Below, in pieces: positions 29,945 to 40,139 of a stretch of 64,000 nt of DNA. The notes below the pieces were generated by a model. It was not told the origin of the DNA. It saw only the letters and a list, made by a program, of their open reading frames with translations, and did no database searches. The stretch is taken from assembly GCA_963422375.2 (NCBI GenBank), contig OY729428.2:1056001-1120000 (forward strand), read 5' to 3'. The stretch is from Bryobacterales bacterium (GTDB lineage: Bacteria; Acidobacteriota; Terriglobia; Bryobacterales; UBA6623). The translations under genes and the position numbers were made by a program. Positions within the stretch are counted from its first letter, which is position 1. Every line of letters starts with the position of its first letter.

Positions 29945-30910
29945 TCAGTCGCCGTAGTATTCCCGGCTCGACGAGGCTAGCGTAGCGCTCTGGTCGACCT
30001 TCCAGCTCTCCAGCCTGGCGAAGTCCACACCGCGCCACTTGCCGCGGAGCTCGCTCATCTGGCTCTCGCTGAGCTTGCGGTGCGCCCGCGCCGCGGCAAG
30101 ATCCCGGTCCACCTGCTCGGGCGAAGTGCAGCCTAGGATGGCCGTCGCGACGGGAAGCGACCAGACATAGTTCAGGTTCTCCTCGAGCGAGGAGATCCCT
30201 TCCTCGAGCAGTGCGCCGACACCGGTCGTCTTCATCGCCATCACTCCCAAGTCCTTCTCGATGGCCGGCGGCAATGCGGTTCTCTCGAAGCTCAGGTCTT
30301 GGTTCGCCCCGTCGGTGACGCTGAGCGGCATGAGCACCGTATCCCAATCGTACGCCTCGAGCATCTTCGCCAGGACGCGCGGGTCCATGTGGCCTGTGAA
30401 GCCCACGTAGCGGATCTTGCCATCGCGACGCGCTTTCTCGATCATCTCCATCACCCCTCGCGGGCCGAAGACGAAGTCGATGTCCTCCATGTGCATTACG
30501 TTGTGGACCTGATAGAGGTCGATGTAGTCCGTGCGCAGGCCGGCCAAGCTCTGGGCCAAGTCCAGTTCCGAGTGGCCGTAGGTCCTGTGCCGGGTCTTGG
30601 TCCCGTAGATCAGGCGATCCCGGGGGACGCCTTCGAAGGCGATGCCATACCGCCGCTGGCTCAGCCCGTACGCGCCCGCCGCCGCGGAATCGAAGTAGTT
30701 GATCCCGGATTCGTAGCAGTGGCGCATGGTGCGCAGCGCCTCGGCCTCGTCGCGGTGGGTGCCAACCCGGCCGCCCCCGAGACCGACGATGCTCACTTCC
30801 AAGCCGGTCTTGCCCAGCTTCCGCCGCGGCAAGTCACCGGCCGCCAGCGCGCCTGCCGCCACCCCCAGACCGGCCGCGGCCTTGACGAACTCTCTCCTGC
30901 TCTCGGGCAT
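29945..30910 (-). CDS. Aldo/keto reductase with Tat signal
   Basis: SRREFVK; RKLGKTGLEVSIVGLGG, GINYFDSA, LRTDYIDLYQVH and RYVGFTGH. Confidence 0.92.
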   Translation of the reverse strand: MPESRREFVKAAAGLGVAAGALAAGDLPRRKLGKTGLEVSIVGLGGGRVGTHRDEAEALRTMRHCYESGINYFDSAAAGAYGLSQRRYGIAFEGVPRDRLIYGTKTRHRTYGHSELDLAQSLAGLRTDYIDLYQVHNVMHMEDIDFVFGPRGVMEMIEKARRDGKIRYVGFTGHMDPRVLAKMLEAYDWDTVLMPLSVTDGANQDLSFERTALPPAIEKDLGVMAMKTTGVGALLEEGISSLEENLNYVWSLPVATAILGCTSPEQVDRDLAAARAHRKLSESQMSELRGKWRGVDFARLESWKVDQSATLASSSREYYGD

Positions 30911-31010
30911 CCTCTAACCTCCCGCGTCCGCATTGAACGCGCAGGGAACAGCGTAGCGCATCCCGTCAAGCGCGGTGCCCGCCGCTGGCGCGGGCTACAC
31001 TGTGAGCGCG

Positions 31011-32291
31011 ATGAAACTAGGCAACGCCCTCAGCCGCCGAGGCTTCGCGCAAGCGGCCGTCGCGCCGCTCGTGGTTCCGGCCTCGGCTCTCGGCCTCGGC
31101 GCGGCCACGCCGCCGTCCGACAGGATCGCCGTGGCGGGTATCGGCATGGGCAACCGCAACCGGCGCAACATCCAGGAGTTCCTGGACCAAGAAGAAGTCC
31201 GCGTCGTATCCGTCTGCGACCTGATCGCCGACCGGCGAAGCCACGCCAAGCAGCTCGTCGACGGCCACTACGGCAACGACGACTGCGCGGCGACGAGGTT
31301 CCACGAGGAAGTCCTCGAGCGGGACGACATCGATGCCGTGGTGATCGGCACGGGCGACCGGTGGCACGGGGTGATGAGCTCGCTGGCGGCCCAAGCCGGC
31401 AAGGACGTCTACTGCGAGAAGCCGTTCTGCCTGACCATCTCCGAGGGCCGCCGGCTGGTCGAGGTCACGCGCCAGTACGGCACCGTTTGGCAGTGCGGCA
31501 CGCAGCGTCGCTCGAATCCGGGGTACAAGTTCCTCGTTAACACCATTCTCAGCGGGCGCGTCGGCAGCCTGCACACCGTGAGACTCTCTTTCGGGGCCAG
31601 CGGCGGCTGGAAGCAGAACAGCATGGCCGGCCCCGAGAGCCCCCCGGATCCCGAAGTGTTCGACTACGACCGCTGGCTCGGCCAGTCGCCGTGGGCGCCG
31701 TATTCGGCAGACCGGGTCCGCATGTGGAGGCTCAACTGGGATACCGGCGCCGGCGCGGTCGCCGACATGGGCCCCCATTTCATCGAGACCGTGCAGTGGC
31801 TGAGGGGCGATCCGCTCGACGCCCCGGTCGAATACCACGGGGAGTCCGAGTACCGGGACGAAGGGGGGATCAACAACATCCCGTACTGGTACGACATCCG
31901 AGCCCGCTACCGGGACGGCCTGCGACTCAACATGGACACTGGCCGCAAGGGCCTGCGGTTCGTGGGCGACGAAGGCTGGATCTTCCTGTCCGACAGCGGC
32001 GGCATCGATGCGAAACCGGACTCGGTTCTGGCGGGCTTGGATCCCCCGGACGCGAACTACGTCATTCAAGAGCCGCACGTGCGCGACTTCCTGACCTGCA
32101 TGCGCAGCCGCAAGCAGCCGCTGTCCAATCCCGAGGCAGCTCACCGGTCCCACACGATCGCGCACTGCGCGAATATATGCCTGCGCCTGGGACGAACCGT
32201 CCGCTGGGATCCGCGGGCCGAGCGCTTCGAGGGAGACGCCGAAGCCAACAACATGCGCTATCGCACGATGCGCACGCCGTGGAGGGTATGA
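31011..32291 (+). CDS. Gfo/Idh/MocA family oxidoreductase with Tat signal
   Basis: LSRRGF; GIGMG, DIDAVVIGTGDRWH, GKDVYCEKP, GTQRRS and DMGPH. Confidence 0.92.
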   Translation: MKLGNALSRRGFAQAAVAPLVVPASALGLGAATPPSDRIAVAGIGMGNRNRRNIQEFLDQEEVRVVSVCDLIADRRSHAKQLVDGHYGNDDCAATRFHEEVLERDDIDAVVIGTGDRWHGVMSSLAAQAGKDVYCEKPFCLTISEGRRLVEVTRQYGTVWQCGTQRRSNPGYKFLVNTILSGRVGSLHTVRLSFGASGGWKQNSMAGPESPPDPEVFDYDRWLGQSPWAPYSADRVRMWRLNWDTGAGAVADMGPHFIETVQWLRGDPLDAPVEYHGESEYRDEGGINNIPYWYDIRARYRDGLRLNMDTGRKGLRFVGDEGWIFLSDSGGIDAKPDSVLAGLDPPDANYVIQEPHVRDFLTCMRSRKQPLSNPEAAHRSHTIAHCANICLRLGRTVRWDPRAERFEGDAEANNMRYRTMRTPWRV

Positions 32292-32701
32292 CCATGCTGC
32301 GAGAGAGGATCCAAGAGGCCGCCCGAGCGGCCTCGTCTTATGACTTCGGCGAGTCCACCTCCGCCCTGTTCGAGATCGACCGCCTGATCAACGAATCGCA
32401 CGGGGACAGCGAGGCGCGCTCCTTGATCGAGCAGGAGCTGGCCGCCCTGCTCGGAGCTCCGGCCAGCCTCGCCGCCAAGCAGGAGGCATGCCGGAGGCTG
32501 TGGCGCATCGGCAGCGACAGGTCTCTGGACGCCCTGCGCCCGATGCTGGAATCGGAGGATCCGCGCGAGGTGGCCGCGGCCTGCTACGCCATCGGGCGAC
32601 GGCCGTCAACGCGATCGGACGACCTCCTTTCGGCGGCCTTGAGGCGCGCCCCCGGGCCCTGCCGGGCACCGCTCGAGCACCTGATCGAAGACCGCCGCTG
32701 A
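32288..32701 (+). CDS. Small HEAT-repeat-like hypothetical protein
   Basis: ATGA overlap with the Gfo stop; helical AKQEACRRLWRIGS and EVAAACYAIG repeats. It is the 3' part of ORF 31691-32701. Confidence 0.7.
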   Translation: MTMLRERIQEAARAASSYDFGESTSALFEIDRLINESHGDSEARSLIEQELAALLGAPASLAAKQEACRRLWRIGSDRSLDALRPMLESEDPREVAAACYAIGRRPSTRSDDLLSAALRRAPGPCRAPLEHLIEDRR

Positions 32702-32758
32702 ACGTGCGCCACGGAAGGGGCGCTGGGCGTAGCGTCCGCGTGGGCAATAATCGGAACC

Positions 32759-34228
32759 ATGGAAGGTGTCGCGAACTATATTGGCGGACGGTGGGAAGCC
32801 GCCACCGGTTCGGATGTCACGCCCGTAATCGATCCGTCGACCAACGAAACGATCGCGTCGGTTCCGCATGACGGCCGCGACGGTGTCGCGAAGGCGGTGG
32901 CCGCGGCGTTCAAGGCCTTCCCTGCCTGGCGGGCCGTGCCGCCGGGAAACCGGATCCAGTTCCTATTCCGGTTCAAGCAGCTCCTAGAGGAGGACTTCGA
33001 GGGCATCGCGCGCACGATCTCGCTCGAGAACGGCAAGACCTACAGCGAGTCGGCCGGCGAACTCCGCCGCGGGATCGAGAACGTCGAGGTGGCCTGCGGC
33101 ATCCCGACCATGATGCAGGGCTACAACCTCGAGGACATCGCGCGCGGTATCGACGAGACGATGGTCCGGCAGCCGCTCGGCGTGGTCGGGATCATCACCC
33201 CCTTCAACTTCCCGGTGATGATTCCCCTGTGGTTCATCCCGTACGCGATAGCCTGCGGCAACACGGTGGTCGTCAAGCCGTCGGAAAAGGTGCCCCTGTC
33301 GATTCGGAAGGTAGTCGAAGTCTTGGAAAGGACCGGCCTGCCGGAGGGCGTCGTAAATCTCGCCAACGGCGGGCCGGCGGCGTCGGAGGCGCTCGTCGAG
33401 CATTCCGACGTGCGGGCCATCAGCTTCGTGGGATCGACTCCGGTCGCCAGGCAGATCTACGCGTCGGGGGCACTGCACGGGAAGCGCATGCAATGCCAGG
33501 GGGGCGCCAAGAACCATGTCGTGGTCATGCCCGACGCCGACCTCGAGACGACAACCAAGATTGTCGGGGACAGCGCGTTCGGGTGCGCCGGCCAGCGCTG
33601 CCTGGCGGTGTCGACGGTCGTGACGGTGGGCGAGGCGCACCGGCCGTTTCGCGACGCGATTGTCGAAGCCGCGCGATCGCTGCGCGTGGGCCCGGGCCTG
33701 GGCGACGGCGTCGAAATGGGCCCGGTCATCACCTCGGCCAGCCGGAGCCGCATCGAAGGGGCCATCGCCCGCGGCTCCGCCGACGGGGCCGAGGCGGTGC
33801 TGGACGGCCGCGGCCTCCGCGTCGACGGGAGCGAGAATGGCAACTTCGTGGGCCCGACGGTGCTCGATCGGGTCGATTCCGGGGGATTCATCGGAACCAC
33901 GGAGGTCTTCGGCCCGGTCCTAGGCCTCACGCCGGTCGGGAGCCTCGAGGAGGCGATCAAGGTCATTGCGCGCAGTCCGTTCGGCAATGCCTCGTCGATC
34001 TTTACGGCGAGCGGCGCGGCCGCCCGGAAGTTTCGCAGCGAGGTGCCCACCGGCAACGTCGGGATCAATATCGGCGTGGCCGCGCCGATGGCGTACTTCC
34101 CGTTTAGCGGCTGGAAGAACAGCTTCTTCGGAGTGATGCACGGCCAAGGCCGGGACGCGGTTGAGTTCTACACAGATAAGAAGGTCGTGGTCGAGCGCTG
34201 GCCACAGGAGTGGTCGCGCCGGTTCTAA
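32759..34228 (+). CDS. mmsA: CoA-acylating methylmalonate-semialdehyde dehydrogenase
   Basis: RGIENVEVACG, ITPFNFPVMIPLW, SFVGSTP, GGAKNH, FGCAGQRCLA, EVFGP and FPFSGWKNSFFG. Confidence 0.93.
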   Translation: MEGVANYIGGRWEAATGSDVTPVIDPSTNETIASVPHDGRDGVAKAVAAAFKAFPAWRAVPPGNRIQFLFRFKQLLEEDFEGIARTISLENGKTYSESAGELRRGIENVEVACGIPTMMQGYNLEDIARGIDETMVRQPLGVVGIITPFNFPVMIPLWFIPYAIACGNTVVVKPSEKVPLSIRKVVEVLERTGLPEGVVNLANGGPAASEALVEHSDVRAISFVGSTPVARQIYASGALHGKRMQCQGGAKNHVVVMPDADLETTTKIVGDSAFGCAGQRCLAVSTVVTVGEAHRPFRDAIVEAARSLRVGPGLGDGVEMGPVITSASRSRIEGAIARGSADGAEAVLDGRGLRVDGSENGNFVGPTVLDRVDSGGFIGTTEVFGPVLGLTPVGSLEEAIKVIARSPFGNASSIFTASGAAARKFRSEVPTGNVGINIGVAAPMAYFPFSGWKNSFFGVMHGQGRDAVEFYTDKKVVVERWPQEWSRRF

Positions 34229-34291
34229 GACGGGGCGCTCGCACATCCACGCTCGCTGATCCCAAGCTAGGCGGCCGGGGTACGGCACGTT

Positions 34292-34795
34292 TCAGGGACG
34301 CATTGCCGAGGGCGGGACCTCCCAGTAGCGTTCGTGGCAGTCGTTGCAGGCGGTGTAGATTTCCCCGCCGGTGTCGAACACCGCCTCCGGATCGTGGTTG
34401 CTGGCCGCCTCGACGGCGAGGGACGCCGCGTCGATCAGCGCGGCCGCACTCTCCATCCACTCGCCGGAATCCTTGGCGCGCCCCTCCAGCATGAGCAGGT
34501 TGCCCGCCTCGGCCACCGTGAGGGCGCTCTGGAGTACCTGCTCCCATTCCTCGTGGCTGCGCGGGCGGATTTCGTTCGTGCCTTCCTTGGTGATGATCGT
34601 TCCGACCGAGTCCCACACGACGTCGGCGTGCGGGTAGATGACGTCGTGCATCAGGTCCTCGACCGAGGCGACCGGCTTGAACGGCGGTGACACCCCTTCG
34701 CCGGACCCGCCGCCTTGGCCGCAGGCGATCGCGAGGGCGAGAACCAAGCCGACGGGCGCCACCGCGACAGGTCTCCAAGGGCGTGCTCCGGGCAT
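34292..34795 (-). CDS. Monoheme c-type cytochrome lipoprotein (class II-like), paralog of 24665-25096
   Basis: Lipobox LAIAC; FKPVAS..LM, EAGNLL and C-terminal CNDCH. Confidence 0.8.
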   Translation of the reverse strand: MPGARPWRPVAVAPVGLVLALAIACGQGGGSGEGVSPPFKPVASVEDLMHDVIYPHADVVWDSVGTIITKEGTNEIRPRSHEEWEQVLQSALTVAEAGNLLMLEGRAKDSGEWMESAAALIDAASLAVEAASNHDPEAVFDTGGEIYTACNDCHERYWEVPPSAMRP

Positions 34796-35001
34796 CGGCA
34801 GTTCCTCCAGCTCACTCGGGCGGTCCGGACACGCACGGGCACCAAGCCCGCGGCCCGCAGCGTACCCGACGTCGCTACACTTTAGCGCGTGGGAGGAGCC
34901 GGCACCGCCCGAGGCAGCGCGAGCGCCTCGCTCTGCTAGAGTCTTGGTTTGCTCCTCGCGTCGGCCCGGGCGGCGGCTGATCGCGGAGGCCGTGCCGCAC
35001 A

Positions 35002-35499
35002 ATGTCTTTGCCGGCTTTCCTCGAGTGGCTCGAGGGCACGGGAGCGAGCGTCGCGATCCGCGAGTCGATTCTGCTGTACCCGATCGTGGAGACCACCCAC
35101 GTCCTCACGCTGTGCCTGTTTCTCGGCATGACCGCCACGTGGGATCTGCGGCTGGTCGGCGTCGCGATGCGCCGGGTGCCCGTTTCCGAAGTCGTGAACC
35201 GGCTGTTCCCATGGGCAATCGCCGGCTTCGCGGTGATGGTCGTCAGCGGCTCGATGCTCTTCCTGTCAAGTCCCGTCCGCGCCTCGCAGAACATCTTTTT
35301 CCAAGTGAAAATGGTGGCAATCGCGCTCGCCGGCCTGAACGCCTTCGTGTTCCACCGGACAGTCTTCCGCTGGGTCTCGCAATGGGACCAAGCCGACAGC
35401 ATCCCGTTCCGGGCCCGCGCCGCCGGATTCTGGTCGCTCGTGCTCTGGAGCGCCGTCGTCGTATGCGGGCGCATGCAGGCCTACAACTGGTTCGACTAG
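35002..35499 (+). CDS. DUF6644-like 4-TM membrane protein
   Basis: VAIRES, IVETTHVL, DLRL, FQVKM and GRMQAY. Confidence 0.8.
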   Translation: MSLPAFLEWLEGTGASVAIRESILLYPIVETTHVLTLCLFLGMTATWDLRLVGVAMRRVPVSEVVNRLFPWAIAGFAVMVVSGSMLFLSSPVRASQNIFFQVKMVAIALAGLNAFVFHRTVFRWVSQWDQADSIPFRARAAGFWSLVLWSAVVVCGRMQAYNWFD

Positions 35500-35511
35500 G
35501 CGCAGCGTCCC

Positions 35512-35988
35512 ATGGATCTGTTTCCGGTATTTCAGTGGCTCGAGGACACCTCGATCGGGGTCGCGATCCGCGAGTCGCTCTGGCTCTTCCCGGTCATAGA
35601 GGCGGTCCACCTCCTAGCCTTGGCGCTGACCGGGGGCACCATCCTGCTGGTGGACCTGCGCCTGCTGGGCTTCGGCTTGCGCAACCAAGCGGTCGCGCTG
35701 CTGGCCGAGAGCGTCCATCCCTGGCTGGTTGGCGGCCTCCTGACGATGGTCGCGACGGGCATCCCGATGTTCCTGTCGGAGGCGATCAAGTGCTACTACA
35801 GCCCGCCGTTCTGGTACAAGATGTTCTTCCTAGTCATCGCGACGGCCTTCACGTTCACCGTCCGCAAGCGGGTTACGGCGGCCGATCAAGCGCGGGTGGG
35901 GCCGGTGTGGGGCCGACTCTCGGCTGTGGCTTCGTTGGGACTCTGGTTCTGCGTTGGCTTCTCGGGGCGCTGGATCGCCTTCTACTAG
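35512..35988 (+). CDS. DUF6644-like 4-TM membrane protein (tandem paralog)
   Basis: VAIRES, VIEAVHLL, DLRL, FWYKM and GRWIAFY. Confidence 0.8.
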   Translation: MDLFPVFQWLEDTSIGVAIRESLWLFPVIEAVHLLALALTGGTILLVDLRLLGFGLRNQAVALLAESVHPWLVGGLLTMVATGIPMFLSEAIKCYYSPPFWYKMFFLVIATAFTFTVRKRVTAADQARVGPVWGRLSAVASLGLWFCVGFSGRWIAFY

Positions 35989-36022
35989 CGCGAGAGCCCG
36001 CGCCCCGCCCCAACGGCGCGAG

Positions 36023-36460
36023 CTAACGTCCCGGCTCCGTCGGGTCCCGCCCGTCGTGCGGGGCGCCCGTCCCGGACGAGCCCATGAACAGCTTGCTCCC
36101 GTCCTCAAACGTGAGGTTGCGCCCGTTCGCCTTCATCGTCCCGTCCTTGGCTTGGTAGCCGTCCACCAGGATCACCGTGCCGGGCAGCAGCGAACTCTTG
36201 GTGAAACCCCTGCGGAACAGGGTGTTGGGCGTGCCTCCCTCGACCATCCAGCGCTCGACGCCGCCATCGTCCTTGGTCACGTCGATGTGGATCCACGCGT
36301 GCGGGTTGATCCATTCCATCTTGGCTACCGCGCCCTTTAGCTGAACGGGGCGCTTCGCGTCGAACTCGGCTGAGAAGGCGTGGTGCCCCGCCAACGGCAG
36401 CGCTAGCAGCAGCACCCCCAGCGCTGCGGCGGCGGAAAGGCAGACTCGTTTGCGTGTCAT
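36023..36460 (-). CDS. DUF6152-like exported protein
   Basis: Signal peptide followed by HHAFSAEFD; EWINPH and EGGTPNTL. Confidence 0.82.
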   Translation of the reverse strand: MTRKRVCLSAAAALGVLLLALPLAGHHAFSAEFDAKRPVQLKGAVAKMEWINPHAWIHIDVTKDDGGVERWMVEGGTPNTLFRRGFTKSSLLPGTVILVDGYQAKDGTMKANGRNLTFEDGSKLFMGSSGTGAPHDGRDPTEPGR

Positions 36461-36496
36461 GCGATCGCTCCCCGGTTGCAGTGTACCCGCACCCAG

Positions 36497-37501
36497 TCAG
36501 GGCAGGTTCGACCCGCTGTGCGGCTGGCCCGCCCGCTCCGCGGCCCTGGCTCCCTCCAGCATCGTGAACATGCTGTAGTTGCCCTCGTGGCAGGCGTATT
36601 CGAACATCGGCTGGTCCGTCTTCTTCATCGGAATCGCCGCCGTCCACGGCCGCTCGAAGGACTCCGGATCCTCGACGGTGTATTCGTAGACGATCCGGTC
36701 GGGGCCGACTCGCGTGAAGCGCTCGACCAAGCGCATGTTCCTGCCCGAGCCGCGGAAGGATGTCTTGCCCGTGAAGTTCGTCGACTCGACGACCAGCGTG
36801 TCGCCTTCCCAGCGGCCGCGGGGATCGCCGCGCCACTGGCGCATCCCCTGCGGGAGGTGCGGACGCCCGTCCAGCGGGACGATGCGAGCGTCGTTGACCA
36901 TCTCGATCAGCAGGACGGCGTAGCCCGGCGTTTGTAAGATATGCACGTTGTTGTTGTATGCGCTGGGACTGTACGGCGGTCCGGCGTTGAATCCCAGCAG
37001 GCAGCGCTCGGCCACGCCGCGATCCTCGGGACCGTGGGGCGGGCGGGCCCTGGCGGCCCGGATCGCGTCGTATCGCTGCCGCGCCGGAGCCGTGAGCGGC
37101 GGGATCCGACCGCCGGGCGGATCGACGATGAGGGAGGTGCGGCCGTCCTCGATCAGCTGCTCGCCGAAGTCCCACCAGAACTGGTTGTAGGCGTTGCGGA
37201 CATCCTGCTCGGCAGAGATCCCGTCGGAGGCGCGCCGGTCCTTGTTACGCCGCCTCAGCTCCTGCACGCGGAACTCCTCGGCTTCGGCGGCGTCGCTGAA
37301 AGTGTCCCGGTCGCCTAGGCTCCTCGGCCTCTCCAAGGGGGTGATCGTGCGAAAGTCCCACACTCCCCGCAGGTCTGGCTTCCCCCACGCTGTGCGGGGC
37401 GCTACCCACTCGTCGTGCTCGCCGCCGGCCGCCTCGGCAGCCTGGAGCGACGCCGCCAGGAAGGCGACCAGACCAACCGCGAGTCCTCGAACCGTCATCA
37501 T
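36497..37501 (-). CDS. Exported hypothetical protein, type B (EYACHEGN family)
   Basis: Signal peptide; WGKPDLRGVWD, RTSLIVDPPGGRIP, ERCLLG, GRWEGDTLVV and FEYACHEGN. Confidence 0.85.
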   Translation of the reverse strand: MMTVRGLAVGLVAFLAASLQAAEAAGGEHDEWVAPRTAWGKPDLRGVWDFRTITPLERPRSLGDRDTFSDAAEAEEFRVQELRRRNKDRRASDGISAEQDVRNAYNQFWWDFGEQLIEDGRTSLIVDPPGGRIPPLTAPARQRYDAIRAARARPPHGPEDRGVAERCLLGFNAGPPYSPSAYNNNVHILQTPGYAVLLIEMVNDARIVPLDGRPHLPQGMRQWRGDPRGRWEGDTLVVESTNFTGKTSFRGSGRNMRLVERFTRVGPDRIVYEYTVEDPESFERPWTAAIPMKKTDQPMFEYACHEGNYSMFTMLEGARAAERAGQPHSGSNLP

Positions 37502-37514
37502 TCCGCCTCCTCCG

Positions 37515-38342
37515 TCATTCGCTGTCCTTTTTGCGCAGGTGCCCGTACATCATCTCTTCGACGAACTCCACGCATTTGAATTCCAGCAGCTGCATGCCCT
37601 CTTCCATTCGCCGGTACAGAGGCATCCGGACCATCCAGGGCCGGGTGAAGACCTTTTCGTCTTCGATGGTGGCCTCGTACAGCAGGTGGTTGGGCCCCGT
37701 GAGGGTGTAGCGCTCGATCACTTTGAGCGAGTCCGAGTGAAAGTTGCCTGAACTGTCGAGCCAGGTGTCGGGCACGTGGTTCGTCACGTCGACCACCAAG
37801 GTCTGCCCGTCCCAGCGCCCGCGAGAGTGACCCATCCACGCGTCGCCCGGATGCTCGAAGTCGGGTCGATTCATGTAAATGACCCGGGAGGCGCTAGCGA
37901 ACTCGTACGCGATCAGGATGTGATCGGGAGTCTGGACGATCTGGAACGGGAAGGGCATGTAGGCGGCACGCGGGACGCCCGGCATGTAGCACTTGACGAC
38001 CGGATCCAGCTTGAGCCAGTCCTTCCGGTTCTGGTTGCGCTTCTCGAGGGCCCAAGGCTGGTAGGGGATCTCGCCGCCGACCACGACACCGAGCCCGCCC
38101 GGAATCGCGCCGAGAGCGCCCATCTCGACCACCGGACCCGATTCGGCCGAGTGGCCTTCCACGTTCCAGTGCGCCGAGCCCAGAGCCTGCCAGATGCCGT
38201 TCAGGTTGGGGTTGCCGTCCGGCGTCAGCGGCGCTTCGTGCTCCTGCGCCAGCCCGGCGGCCGAGAACGCGGCGAGCAGCACGGCGAGGATGGCCGGACA
38301 GCCTCGCACGTCCGTGGCTAGCGCTAGCACCAAGCTTCGCAT
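37515..38342 (-). CDS. Exported hypothetical protein, type A (LNGIWQA / KCYMPG family)
   Basis: Signal peptide; PNLNGIWQA, DPVVKCYMPGVPR, GRWDGQTLVV, SGNFHS and LEFKCVE. Confidence 0.85.
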   Translation of the reverse strand: MRSLVLALATDVRGCPAILAVLLAAFSAAGLAQEHEAPLTPDGNPNLNGIWQALGSAHWNVEGHSAESGPVVEMGALGAIPGGLGVVVGGEIPYQPWALEKRNQNRKDWLKLDPVVKCYMPGVPRAAYMPFPFQIVQTPDHILIAYEFASASRVIYMNRPDFEHPGDAWMGHSRGRWDGQTLVVDVTNHVPDTWLDSSGNFHSDSLKVIERYTLTGPNHLLYEATIEDEKVFTRPWMVRMPLYRRMEEGMQLLEFKCVEFVEEMMYGHLRKKDSE

Positions 38343-39496
38343 CTCGTTCGACTCCAACCAGATTCTACTACTCGCCCCCACCTGCGCGTTCGAATCGGGC
38401 CGGTCGCAATCGCAAGGTCACGCGTGGCGCGGTGCAACTTGCACGTGTCTGACGGCCGAGTCTCCGGCCTCGAGGGGCGCCTCGCCCAAGCAGCCCCCCC
38501 GGTCGACGGTACGGACCACGCCGGTCCCGAGGGAGCGGGGGATCGGCGTCGCGCACAATCGGGACTCACGCGACGCGCGGCCGGAATCGAGAGCCTCCTG
38601 CGCATCCGGGCACCGTGTTCGCGGCTGGCCTATACGTTCGGGTACGTTCGGGCGGAACGCGAATTGCAGATCGACCGGCTGGCTCAATGGGCCTGCGGCG
38701 CCGACCTCGCAACCGAGACATCCTACCTCGCACGGCGGCTATAGCACCAAGGCACGAAATCTCGTTTCGGGCCAAGATCCTTCCCAGAGGTACAATCCGG
38801 CCATGCCTCCCGATTACGGCAATCCATTCGAGGTGAATGGATAGCACACTCCGCGCATGAGAACTTCTCAACGAGCTTCATCAGATGACTTCTGGCAAAA
38901 GAATACTTGCACCATCTGTGGTATCTCTATCTAATCTCTCTCCAAGTCTATCTACTATACGATCCTTCGATCTGTGGACAATTCCGGTTCACTCATTTGC
39001 TTGCCATAGATTCTGATTTAAGGGTTTTTTTGGACTCTCTAACTCCTGTTAAGAAGAGCGAAGTCTTGATTAATTTCTGCTACAATCCCACTCATAATGG
39101 TTGGAAATATCTGTAGATTGTCGTCTGATTACAACTTCTATTGCCTCCTATTGGGAGTCGATGCTGTATTCTGTCATCGCATGAGGGTCCGCATAGAGTA
39201 GCCTGTCAAGGACGCACACATCCGCTGACTGAACCGCGCACCTATCCAAAGAGCGATTCGTTCTCTTGGGTACGTCCCATTGTATTCTCGTCTTGGATCT
39301 GCGTCAATGCTGTAAGTGATGTTTCGTCAAGTAAGTCAATTGAGATCTAGACGGAATTGCGTGGGGGCTTGAATACTCGCCAAGGAATCGAGCTACTCCT
39401 CTTCGATTTATCTCTCTATAGTGCCGTCAAAGACGCCACGAACTACTCCTTCATCGTGGGAAATAGGTGTGGAGATCGCTCTGAATAATGTCACTC

Positions 39497-39856
39497 TCAC
39501 TTGGATGACCATGCCATCATCTTCCTAAGACTTAGACCCGGAATGACTGAAGAACTTGGGAATGGACGCTCAAATCTGATTCCTTGACCTGCCATGTAAA
39601 CCAATGCAGAGCCGTCCGCATCAAAGATTATCACGACAGTACCTCCGTAACTCTTGTTGCCCATTTGAATAGTTACGATTTGATCGTCATTCGGAAGTAT
39701 GATGTCGGGAGAAAGTTTCATTGACCGAGCCAATCTCTCAGACACTTCTCTCGCAGAATTTATTGCTGTCTCTGAGGGTGTCTCGCACTGGTTTGCCAAT
39801 GACTTCTCGACAAGCGTGTCTGCTTCGTGAGGCGATTCAGCAAGCCATTCATTCAT
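39497..39856 (-). pseudogene. AT-rich hypothetical gene, antitoxin-like, probably 5'-eroded
   Basis: ETPSETAINSAREV and VVIIFDADGSALV; upstream sequence has many stops. Confidence 0.45.
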
Positions 39857-40139
39857 TCATATTCGACGGACTTGAATCCGACTCAATTGCTTGGATCCAA
39901 CGGAGATTAATCCAACAATAAGAGTTTGAATTCCGAGACTATTGAAGTGAATAATAATCGAAAAAAGTAATCCGACAGGAGGAGTAGTGTTCCGTTAGCT
40001 GAACGCGACTAAGAGATCTCTTGAGTCGATCTTCATATTGATTTGAAGTCGATATGATTGACTGAGGATAAAAGTGGCTAACCTTGTGACTATTGTGCCA
40101 ACTCAAGCGGGTTTGAAACCATAGCCGATGCAGTGACTG

